In this document: one piece after another, positions 12,706-26,061 of the stretch
How the letters are laid out: the number at the start of each line of letters is the position of its first letter
Position numbering within the stretch: position 1 is the first letter of the stretch
Assembly (NCBI GenBank): GCA_030770535.1
Contig: JASVEC010000022.1
Span: 124,001 to 188,000, forward strand
DNA: 64,000 nt
Direction: 5' to 3'
Origin: Batkoa obscura
Taxonomy: Eukaryota
The notes under the pieces: generated by a model
Databases searched by the model: none
What the model was told of the DNA's origin: nothing
Seen by the model: the letters and a program-made list of their open reading frames with translations, nothing else
Made by a program: the position numbers and the translations under genes

Positions 12706-12799
12706 TGGGGGTGTTTTTTTGGCTTCATTTTTTACATTTCTTAAGTGCTATTTGAGTGGAAAAATTGTTAGTAAAATTCTTAAACAAAACATATCTCCA
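12706..12799 (-). mobile_element. ~100-bp MITE, family 1 copy (inverted relative to the 11950 copy)
   Basis: atat|gggggtgttttttt...catatctcc|atat. Reverse complement closely matches the 11950 copy. Confidence 0.8.
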
Positions 12800-13220
12800 T
12801 ATAATATTTAAAAATAATAGTAATAAAAAATTGGAAACTAGATACCCCTTTTTTAATCACGGATGCCACATTAAATGTACCTTTGATATAATCTTAATTG
12901 TATAATAAAATCGAAAAATTATAGTACTTATAACAACTAAATTTTGTTTTTGTATCATTAATATATCAAATGCACAATACTCTATTAAACTTTAATGTAA
13001 AGTATAAGCTTTCAATTAAATCGTCGTCAAACTTTTATATAGCTAAATCCCATGCTAACAAGGAATTTTCAATTCTTGCCCAATGCTTAGCAATTTGCAG
13101 ACATTTTACCAAAATCAATTTAATTTGCTGTTTTTGCTAAGTGAGCCATGCAAAACTTTAAAATAATTAATAACTAGTCAAGTTATTTCGTTTTCTTTTT
13201 AAAAGGCAGTTTACGGAGAA

Positions 13221-16200
13221 AGTAACTATCCAGCTTATAAAAAAAAATGAAAACTAAGTTCTTTTAGTGTCAAGCCCGGAGAACGATTATTTAAATAATG
13301 AAGCTGAAGACTCATTCGGCGAAAATGATTCTTTTGGAGAAGAAGAAGGAATGGATGAAATGGTAGAAACTTATAACGAAGATATTGAAGAGTTAGAGGA
13401 GTTAGAAGAAGACGAAGGTGATGAACTCTTTTATGAGCATGAAGGAAGGATCTTTAATGTTATTGGTTTAAATCCTGAAGAAAGCGATGATTCAGGAGTT
13501 CATCCAGGTTATGAGATTCAGTTTCCACCTGAATCTTTGCCTATCGAAGGTGATAAAGAAATTGATCAAGAAGATGCATGGAGAATTATCACCTCTTTTT
13601 TTGAAGAAAAGGGTCTTGTTCGACAACAATTAGATTCTTTTGATGATTTTGTTAATAAAATTATTCCGGATATTGTATGTGGTTCAGCCCCAATTATCCT
13701 TCAAACAACTACTCATAATAAATCAGCAGATAAGGATATGCTTAAAAGATTTAGGGTCATTTTTAATAATATTTCTTTATCTCCAACAACTGCCACAGAA
13801 GCGGATGGCGGTAATTTAGATATGACACCTCATGATGCTAGGTTGAGGAATATGACTTATTGCGCTCCTCTTTTCGCAGATGTAATAAAATCAGTATCTT
13901 ATGCTGATCCTCAAGATAAAGACAACATTGACGTTACCAATCCTAATGATTATAAAATGTTGGAAGGTATGATCGATGACGAAGAGGAAATAACTAGAGT
14001 ACGTTTAGGAAATGTACCAGTAATGGTTCGCTCTTCTTATTGTATTTTAAAGAATGTACCTGAAGATGCAGTTTATAAAACATCGGAATGTAAATATGAT
14101 CAAGGTGGTTATTTTATTATCAATGGATCTGAAAAGGTACTTATTGCACAAGAAAGAATGGCTGGTAATGAAGTTTATGTCTTTAAAAAAGCAATGCCAA
14201 ACAAATATTCCTTTACTTGTGAAATTCGTTCTGTCCCTGTTGAAGGTAATAGGAAACCTAGTGCTATTATGTTGAAAATGTTAGCACGTAGTGAAGATAA
14301 AGAATCAAGTGGTCAACCTATACATGTAACCATTCCTTATATTAAATCAGATATCCCTGTCATTGTTCTTTTCCGTGCATTAGGAATTGGGAGTGATAAA
14401 GATATTATTGATCTTATATGTCCAGATTATAATGATGAAGCTATGATGGATTTAATTAAGCCTTGCCTTGAAGAAGCAATTGATATTGAAGATGAATCAC
14501 TTGCATTATTATATATTGGTAGACGTGGTAGCTCTGAAGAAAAGAGTTCACCAAAGACTATATCTTATTGTAGAAATATCCTTAATACAGAAGTATTTCC
14601 ACACGTATCTTCTATGGGAGAAGCTAATTTCAAAAAAGCACAATTTCTTGGATATATGTTACATCGTTTACTTTCAGCTTGCTTAGAGAGAAGAGAGCTT
14701 GATGATCGTGATCATTATGGTAGAAAAAGAATGGATATGGCGGGTCCATTATTAGCTAATTTATTTAAAATGCTATTTTTAAAATTTACTAAAGATGTTA
14801 CAAGATATATACAAAAATGTATTGATAATAAAACAAAAAACTTTAACATCAGTCTTGCTATTAAATCCACTATCCTTACTAATGGCCTTAAATACTCTTT
14901 AGCTACAGGTAATTGGGGCGATCAACAAAAAGCAATGTCTTCAAAAGCAGGTGTCTCACAGGTTCTTAATAGATATACTTTTGCATCAACACTTTCTCAT
15001 TTAAGACGTTGTAATACACCAATTGGAAGAGATGGGAAGATTGCTAAACCACGTCAATTACATAATACCCATTGGGGTATGGTTTGTCCTGCAGAAACAC
15101 CAGAAGGACAAGCTTGTGGTTTAGTTAAAAATTTATCATTAATGGCTTACGTTACTGTTGGTACCAATGATGTTTCAATCAAACGATTCCTTAAAGAATA
15201 TATGGAAGATGCTAAGAGAGAAAAAGAACATGGACCTAAATTAGTACCAAATCCAGAATCTGTTCCAGGATATAAAGCAGATGGTCAAAGAGATGCTATG
15301 GTTTATCAACCAACTAGAGTGTTTTTAGATGGTGCTATTGTTGGTGTAATTCATACACCTTTACAACTTGTTTATAACCTTAGGAGATTGAGAAGGCATT
15401 ATGATTTAGCACCAGAAATTGGTATTGTTTGGGATATCCGTGAACAAGAGATAAGATTATATACTGATTCAGGTCGTGTAACTCGACCATTATTTATTGT
15501 TCGTCATAATCAACTATTAGTAAAGAAAAGGCATATTGAATATTTAGGTAAGGTGGGTACACCTTTATTCCCAGATGAAGTGTTTGGTTTTAGTCATTAT
15601 GTAAAGAGTGGTTTAATGGAATTTATTGATGCCGAGGAAGAAGAATCTGCTCTTATTTCAATGACGCTTGAAGATTTACTTGACGTTGATGATCATTATC
15701 AAAAATTTGGTCCAGGTCCAGAACCTGTTTCAGATGATGAAGGGGATGATGGTAAAGATCAAGAGCCAAAAGATATGACAGCTACTGTTAAATCTAGTCA
15801 AAAATATTATTCACACCATTGGACTCACTGTGAAGTCCATCCATCCATGATTTTAGGTATTTGTGCTACTATTGTACCTTTCCCAGATCATAATCAATCA
15901 CCACGTAATACTTATCAATCTGCCATGGGTAAACAAGCTATGGGAGTTTACCTTACAAATTATCAACTTAGAATGGATACACTTGCTAATATCCTTTATT
16001 ATCCACAAAAACCATTGGTAGCTACCCGTGGTATGGAATATTTACGATTTAGAGAACTTCCAGCTGGGCAAAATGCCATTGTAGCCATTTTATGTTATTC
16101 AGGCTATAATCAAGAAGATTCTGTTATTATGAATCAAAGTTCTATTGATCGTGGTTTATTCCGTTCACTTTATTTCCGTACTTATATGGATCAAGAAAAG

Positions 16201-17391
16201 AAACAAGGTTTGTTTGACACAGAATCCTTTGAAAAGCCATCTAGAGACAATACTTTACGTTTAAAACATGGTACTTATGAAAAATTAGAAGATGATGGTT
16301 TAATTGCACCTGGTACTAGAGTAGTTGGTAGTGATATTATTATTGGAAAAACTTGTCCAGTACCACCGGATAGTGAAGAACTTGGACAACGTACACAAAC
16401 TCATACAAAGAGAGATGCAAGTACTCCACTTAAAAGCACTGAAAATGGTATTGTTGATCGAGTTATGCTTTCAGTTAATGCGGAAGGTATGAGATTTTCT
16501 AAAGTTAGAGTACGTTCCACTAGAGTACCTCAAATTGGTGATAAATTTGCTTCTCGACATGGACAAAAAGGTACCATTGGTATTACTTATCGTCATGAAG
16601 ATATGCCTTTTTCACGTGATGGTATTGTACCCGATTTAATCATTAATCCGCATGCTATTCCATCTCGTATGACCATTGGTCATATGGTAGAATGTTTAAT
16701 GGGTAAAGTAGCTACTTTAAGTGGTAGTGAAGGAGATGCTACCCCTTTTACAGAAGTTACAGTAGAAGGTATATCTAAAACATTAGAAGCTCATGGATAT
16801 CAAAAACGTGGATTTGAAGTTATGTATAGTGGTATGACAGGTCAAAAATTAACAGCTCAAGTTTATCTTGGACCCACTTATTATCAGCGTCTTAAACATA
16901 TGGTGGATGATAAAATTCATTCACGTGCTCGTGGACCTGTACAAATTTTAACACGTCAACCAGTGGAAGGTCGATCAAGAGATGGTGGTTTACGTTTTGG
17001 TGAGATGGAACGTGATTGTATGATTTCGCATGGGGCAGCTAATTTCCTTAAAGTAAAAATCTTGTTTTTTTTATATGAAAACATAGCTTAATGACTTTTT
17101 TTTAGGAACGTTTATTTGATTCTTCAGATGCTTATAGAGTACATGTTTGTGATTTATGTGGTTTAATGATCATTGCTAATTTAACTAAAAATTCATTTGA
17201 ATGTAAATCATGTCGTAATCGTACCCAGGTAAGATTTCAAATTCAAAATTTCAAATATTTTTACTTATTTATTATTTACTATTTATCATTTATTATTTTA
17301 GGTATCTCAAATTTATCTTCCATATGCATGTAAGCTTCTTTTCCAAGAACTTATGGCTATGAATATTGCACCACGATTAATGGTTCTTTAA
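13221..17391 (+). CDS. RPB2: DNA-directed RNA polymerase II second largest subunit; predicted exons 13221, 13268-17052, 17106-17228, 17302-17391
   Basis: Motifs [47 protein letters not shown] and RFGEMERDC. Spliced 3' exons give the zinc-binding CDLCG..CKSC and [20 protein letters not shown]. Confidence 0.96.
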
Positions 17392-17574
17392 ATATAAATC
17401 AAGGTTCAAAGGAGTGGTTATTACAAATGGTATTTTATGTTACTTTTATCAATAAAAATAAAATCTTTTTTTTTATTTAATTTTTATATTGTTTGTATTA
17501 AAATTAATAAAATGTAAAAATAAAATATAACAAAATTGATATTTCAATATTTGATAAATCTTTTAATCAGTAAA

Positions 17575-20346
17575 TCATTGAAATCCATTTTCCTTTAACC
17601 AAATTTCCAAATCCTTATTAGCCTTAGTTACAAAAGTAGAATTAATCTTTACTTGTTCTATGGTATTATTAAGTGCCATTTTGTAAGCACTAATATCTCT
17701 TCCTTCAAAGAACTTTTCAATATCCTCCAATTCTTCTTTACTCGTCAATAATCCAGCAGTCGATTTAATAATATTACCTAAAGTGGATACATTTTGTTTA
17801 TATCTAGCTTCAAATAAATTCCAATTTTGTTTCACAAATTTCCAAGTATCTTCACGTGCCTTAGAATTAATTGCTAATGCTGATATTAAAGTCAATGTAT
17901 CTTGTGGACGCACTGCATTACAAATTGAGTAGTTTAAACTTGTTTGAATCAAATTTTTATTGCTTGTAGAGCCTAAAGCAACTAACGCTTTTAATTTTTG
18001 ATCCATTGTTTTTTCAATTTCAAACTTAGTTCGAATTTCTTGATACTCTTTCTCATCCCCAAACCGAATAGCTATTTTTAATAATAGTGGTTTCAAATCT
18101 TTAGCTACACTGGGGTTTTGATTTTGTATAAGTTGATGATATAAAGTTAAAAGAGAATCAATATATTCTTTGTTAGCATATTTAGAGAAATTGGAAATGG
18201 CAGTGACTCTTAATGTGGATAATAATGGATTTTCAGAAGGTTCACTATTAAAACCAAGTTTTTCAGCCCATGGTTGAAACATAGAAGCAGTTAATTGATT
18301 TAAACCATTTTGTACTTCAATTGAAGATTTATAAAATAAAGAAGATATATTATTTAAACTAATAGCTACCTGTTCTAATACTCTATATTAATAATAATAA
18401 ACAAATTAATCTATATTAATAATAAAATAATAATAATAATAAATGCTTACAATGGATTCTTTTCATTTTTAAATTTAAATACAAAATTTAAATAAAATGT
18501 AATACTTAAATGTCCAGAAATAGCTGTATGATAAACATCAGATAATAAACCTATTTTATCTGAATCTGTTAAAGAACTTCCGAATTCAATTTGTTTTCCT
18601 AAATCTAATAAACATTGTTCATCATAACATACTCTATAGACACCAATAGAATTATTATTAAACTTAATAAATTGATTTAATTGGATATCTAAGATCATTT
18701 GTTTTTCATTTAATACTTCAATTGAATTTGATTGATTTAATAATAATGGTATCCACCAAAGTGTAGTTGTATCTTTGTCTTTAGTATCATTATTAGAATA
18801 AAATCTACTTTGCTCAATTAATAATTGATTATTATTATGATATTTGACTGACAATAATGGATATCCAGCTACATTAGTCCATAAATCCATAAACTCTGAT
18901 ACTGGTTTATTAGAAGCTTGTTCTAGACATTGCCATAACTCACTAGTAGTTGCATTTGAATACTGATATTTATTAAGATAAATTCTTATTCCTTCAAAAA
19001 AGTTATCCTCACCAAGGTAGGAAAATAACATTCTTAAAATAGAAGCTCCTTTAGAATAGGAAATAGCATCAAATATTTGCCCAATTTGTTTAGGATCATT
19101 GACAGGTACTTGTATAGGATGAGAGGATTTTAAACTATCTAATTTTAATGCTCTTTGATAATCATCCATAACAAAATCAGTCCAAGCATCCCATTCTGGG
19201 AATAATTTATCCACTGCATAACTAGCAATATATGTTGCAAACCCTTCTTTTAACCAAAGTTGAGACCACCATTCTAAGGCTACTAAATTACCGAACCATT
19301 GATGTGCTAATTCATGGGCTACTATATTAGCTATCTTTTGACAACGATCAAATGAACTTATTCCTTCTTCATATAATAAACATACTGTACGAAAGGTAAC
19401 TAAGCCCCAATTTTCCATAGCTCCAATGTTGAAATCAGGTATAGCTATTAAATCTAATTTTGATATTGGATAGCGTTGATCAAATAATTTATAATATAAA
19501 TCCATAGATTTACAGGCTACATCTAAAGCAAATTTACCAAGATGGGCACTGCCGCGGATAGCATACACCCGGGTTAAAATATTTTGTTCTTTTGTTCGAT
19601 CTTCAATATAATCAAAATCACCAACTGCAAAAGCAATTAACTAACAATAAAAAAGAAAAGTGGTTAAGAAATAATAATAATGATAATAAATTTACATAAG
19701 TTGACATATTTGGTGTAGTTTCAAAAGTAACTTCATTAAATTTAATACCATTGATATCAATTTCTTTTTGTGATTTTACGGAGGTATTAGATAACGCTGT
19801 TAACTCTTTTTTAACAATTAATTTAATGTCAAAAGTAGCTCTTAAAGCAGGCTAAAAATAAGTAAAAATTAATAAACAACAATAATAAAATTAATTTACC
19901 TCATCCCAACAAGGAAAAGCTTGTCTAGCATCACTTGGCTCAAAATGAGTTGAAGCCATAAATGTTTCTTTACCTTCTAAACTTTCATAACTTGAAGCAT
20001 AAAAACCAGACATAGCTCGATTTAATATACCACTAAATTTTAACTCTAAAATCATATTTTTTCCTTGTTTTAAATTTTCACTTAATTTTAAAGAGCAAGT
20101 TTGTTCTTCTGTATCATAATTGATAGATATTACTTTGATTGTTGAGAGTGTATTATCCTCATGTAAATCGGCTTCTTGAATCTCAAGATGTTTGGTATTG
20201 AATTTGATAACATCAATGGATTCATTAATAACTAGATTAATTTTAATTAAACCATTAAAACTAAAATTATCAATATCAGTATTAAGAGTTAAATTGTAAT
20301 GAGTAGGTTTAACGCTTGTTGGTAATAAATTGGGTTGATCTTGCAT
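17575..20346 (-). CDS. M1 family zinc aminopeptidase (Ape2/Aap1/puromycin-sensitive type), copy 1, 4 exons
   Basis: ARQAFPCWDE, GAMENWG, HELAHQWFG..E, YSKGA and an ERAP1-like C-terminal exon. ORFs are joined by short GT-AG introns. Confidence 0.93.
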
Positions 20347-21065
20347 TTTTATATTATTTTATATTATTTTATAAAAAAAATAATTGAAATAATTGAATGT
20401 ATTTTTTAAAATTTAAAATTAACAATTGATGTCACATCAAGAATTGATCAATTGAAAATGACATCATTTAAAAATAATTGATTTAAATTAAGGTCATACT
20501 TTTTTATTGTATTTTGTAGATATTGAAATGAAATTATTTTATAAAATTATAATTTAGATATAGATAATATATAGATAATAATATTTGATTTATAAAAGTT
20601 TGACTTATTTTTAAATAATCTTGACTTGATATTAAAATAAGCTGTTTTTTTTAAAATTTAGTTCACATCCAAAATGATCTAAGCATTAAAAAACATATTA
20701 TTATAAATAATTTGACTTTTTATAAATTTCAACCTAAATATAATCAAACAATCGAATTTGGAATTTGTTAAATTTAAAAAAGTTTATTTTATGTTATTTT
20801 TAAATATTCTATAAAATTCAATTTAATAATAATAAAAATTTAAACTTATACAAAGCTATAATACTAAAATCAATTCACTTTTTATAAATAGTTAGATATT
20901 TTATTATTATTATTATTAAGTAATAAACGCAACTCGTCAATCTCCACAGAAAATGAACTAAAAGGGGTGAAAATCTCACTATTCAAAACACTCAAAAAAA
21001 AAACTATATAAAATATCAATAATCAAAATATAAAATTAATAAACATTAATTTAATTAAAAGGAAA

Positions 21066-22124
<1,059 letters not shown>

Positions 22125-22781
22125 AAGCTTTATTGGAGATGAAATGTTTACCATTTCGTTTCTTTACTTCGGAAAATGACTTGAAGAGTTTGGACTCTCT
22201 TCTTGTCCTTCCATAAAGTCTTCGTTCACTGCTTTAATCTCTAAAATTTAGTGATTCTAGTATTATCTTTTTATTTTAGTCAATAAAACACTTGGGATCT
22301 CAGTGTTTCAAGAGAAAAAAGTTTTAATAGAATAATTTACTTTTTGTCGGTGATTATTAAAATATTTGATTATGACTTTTAGTACCTTTTTTTTATATTA
22401 ATTTGTTATAATCTTAATAAAATTAAATAAATAACTTAAAGTTTAATGTTTTTAATATAATGATTTAATGATTCTATTTAATATTGATCAATTTATAAAA
22501 TAACTAAAAAGACAAAAATATTAATTCGATTATACAAGAATGCAATTATTATCATTGATCAATTTACTATCTATTTTAATATAAAATCAAAACAATAAGG
22601 GAGGATTAACCTTATATTTAAGCAAACAAGGGCAAATTGAACAAATTCAACTAACCAATGAACTTCTGTCTATCTTTTAAAAAAGTATCTAAATTCATAA
22701 AAGTGACTGCGACAACTAAAATATATATTTTTTAATTTTATTTAATTTTGGCTTATTTTTTCAACTTTCAGTATTTTCAAC

Positions 22782-23586
22782 ATGTTTTCAGTTTCCAGAG
22801 AAACCAGTGACTTCACTATGCTTCGTCGCGAGGATAGTTCGGATTTAGGTGTTGTAACCTTAGACAGCACTACCGACGATCAAATTAATACTTTTGAATA
22901 CTTTGAATTTATAAGAGGTATAAAAAAAAGAGTGGAATCCGCTTTAGGTGTTGATTGGGAAACTAATTTACCAAAAACGAGAAGTGGCAGTTTAAGTAAG
23001 TGTTGATTGCTTTTTTCCACATAATAAAATATATTTATGGACTTTTTTTTAACTAGGAACTAACACATCTTATCATCCTAATGTAAGCAATTGTAGAGGA
23101 TTTAATAATCTCCAAGTTAATTACTCAAATTCAAGAATGGGTCATAGTAATGAGGAAGATACATTAGAAGATAAAATGGAAGGAGAGTATATGTTTAATG
23201 ACTATGCAAATAGATTTACAGTAAGAATTTTATATTATTTATTGAGTTATTAATTAAATATTAATAGACGAATGATCGATATTCTACTTTTAGAGAGTAT
23301 AGAGATGAAGAAATGATTAGTCCAACTTGTCAGTTTACAAATGATAGCTATAGTAATAATGATAAAGAATCAAAAAGAAGAGCAAGTTATGCTCTATATG
23401 AACTTGAAATCAAAAGTGAGAAAGAATTTGATAATAACAATAATCGTGGATCGTAAGTTATTTCCATCTTATTTGGTTTTATTGAACTAAAAATTTTCAA
23501 TTAGTGAATTATCGCCTTTTTTTGTAATGCTAATGATGGTATCAATTAGTGTAATGTATGGTATTTATGTTTACAAGGAATTTTAA
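22782..23586 (+). CDS. Hypothetical 4-exon protein with a C-terminal hydrophobic helix (possibly tail-anchored)
   Basis: GT-AG introns at about 22996-23056, 23221-23268 and 23453-23504 join an open frame ending ELSPFFVMLMMVSISVMYGIYVYKEF*. Confidence 0.6.
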
Positions 23587-24108
23587 TTTAGTATTATTAT
23601 TTCCAATAAACTACTTATATTAGGTAATTTAAATTTACTTATCATTTCATAGTTATTAATACTATTTAGTTTGTGATCCTTCTCTATTTAATTTTGGCAA
23701 TAATTACAACCCATATTTACTTTCGACAAGTACAATTTTAAGCCTTAATTATTTTAGTTCATAGTATTCTTTTATCTTATCTATCCTATTTCTGCAATTT
23801 TATTTTTGCGCTTTTATCTTCTATTCAAATATATATCCCCTATCTATTATTGAATTTCCCCATCCCTTTACACTACATTTTTATTTACTCTCATTCCTAA
23901 TTTTTATTTATTCCCATTCCTTTGTTTTATTTATTCCTAATCCTTATTTAAAATATTGATTATTACTTCTCATTGCATTTCTACTTATTAGTTATTTAAT
24001 AAAAATTTAATTAATAACATAGCATTAATCATAAATTTACCAAAATATTAATTATAATTTAAACAATAAAAAAATAAAGCAAATAACTAAAGCTTTATTT
24101 TAAAATCA

Positions 24109-25372
24109 TTAAGAATCAATTAAAGCTAAATTTTCAGGCTTATAACGTTCACCAACAATGTTGATCTCATTAACTAATTGACGAATTTGTTGATCTTCTT
24201 CATTAGTAATAATAATATCTTTAGAAGCAACATTTTCTTCCAAATATTTTAATCTTTTAGTACCTGGAATAGGGATAAAAAGATCACCCTAATAAGATTC
24301 ATGATAAGCATTTTAAAAATTTGACTAAAAACTAAATTTTACCTGAGCTAAAACCCAAGAGATACATAATTGAGATGCTTTAATTTCTTTCTTTAACGCA
24401 ATTTCTTCCAATTTTCTTACCAATTGAAGATTATGTTGTGCATTTTCTACAGATAATTTAGGAATCCCATTCTTACGATAATCATTATCTTCTAACTTAT
24501 TCACATCCACTTTACCAGTTAAAAATCCTCTTCCTAAGGGTGAATAGGCAACTACAGCTACACCTAATTCCTTACATGCTTCTAATAAGCCATTCTTTTC
24601 AATAAATGTTTCCCATGGACTTGTAAAAGTGTTGTCAATATTTAATTACATTTTACTTTTATTTTGACCTTACCTATATTCAACTTGTACAGCAGCAATA
24701 GGATGAACTTTATAAGCTCTTCTTAATGTAGCAGCACTGCATTCTGATAATCCAAGGTATTTAACTTTACCTTCTTTAACTAACTCAGCCATTGCTTCAA
24801 CAGTTTCTTCAATTGGACTAACAATTCCATTAATTTAATACCTTCATTAATAAAGGACACTTACGTTTTTGGATCAACTCTATGTTGATAATATAAATCA
24901 ATAGAATCCACACCTAATCTTTCTAAGCTTTTATTACAACATTGTTTCACATATTCTCTATCCCCTCTTATTGTAAAATTAAATGTTTTTGGATCAAATA
25001 CCATGGAAAATTTGGTACATAAAAAGATATCTTTTCGACGAGATTTTAATACTTTGGCTAATAATTTTTCATTTTCCCCTTGACCATAAACATCCTAAAT
25101 GAAAAAATAAAAGGTCTATTCTAGAATTGTTTTTTTAAATAAAAATTGAGTAAACTTACGGCCGTATCCCAAAATGTACATCCTAGATCAATGGATCGAT
25201 TTAATACTTTTAAACACTCTTCTTCATCTGACGTTCCATATCCAAAACTCATACCCATACACCCTAACCCAATACTAGATACCATGGGGCCATCTTTACC
25301 TATTTATTATCTTAGTTTATTGCTATCTTAAGTCATTGGCCAATTACCTAATCGTCTTTGTGGAAATTGCAT
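24109..25372 (-). CDS. Aldo-keto reductase (AKR13/YakC-like), multi-exon, apparently intact
   Basis: Spliced reading gives [67 protein letters not shown] and PIPGTKR. Confidence 0.9.
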
Positions 25373-25823
25373 ATTTTATTTTTCATAAAAAGATAAAGTT
25401 GATTTTGATTTGAATATGGTTAAATCTAATTTTATAAAAACGTAGAATTACGTCGACTTGATTTTGATGACACTATGAATAAGTCAGTTTTATTTGGTAA
25501 CTTTACTTAATGTAGCTTACTCTATTAGGTGGAAATTTTGAATCTTATAGTGATACACTATTTGATAAGTTTTATATTATAACAAAAAAAATGGTAATAA
25601 CATATTCAAAAATTTTCTTATATTGTTTATATTAAATTTCTTTTATAAATAGTAAAAGTTATAGCAATTTGAAGATATTAAATTCAAGTTCAAATGGTCT
25701 CGGCTTTAAACGTTTCAGTTACATAGATTTGAACGCTTTTAAATATTAATTTGAATATTATTTTATTCATGCTTTAAACTTAAAAAATAAAAAATAGTTG
25801 AAATGAAGAGAGGCATTTCAATA

Positions 25824-25938
25824 TGATGTGTTTTTTGGTTTCACCACTTTTTCCATTTTTTAAGTGCTACTGAGTAAAAAAATTGTTTGTAGAAGTCTTA
25901 AAACGGAAAAAGTAGTGAAACCAAAAAAAACATCCTCA
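25824..25938. mobile_element. MITE family 1 variant with the same end on both sides (~30-bp TIR)
   Basis: tgatgtgttttttggtttcaccactttttcc...ggaaaaagtagtgaaaccaaaaaaaacatcctca. Confidence 0.7.
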
Positions 25939-26061
25939 TGTTTATTCTAGTTGATAATTTGAATAATTTGTAATAAAACTTTATTAAAAATAAGTAATTA
26001 ATATAATACTCGCAATTTTAATATAAAAATAGCCAAGTACAACCTCAAAGATGTTAATTTA

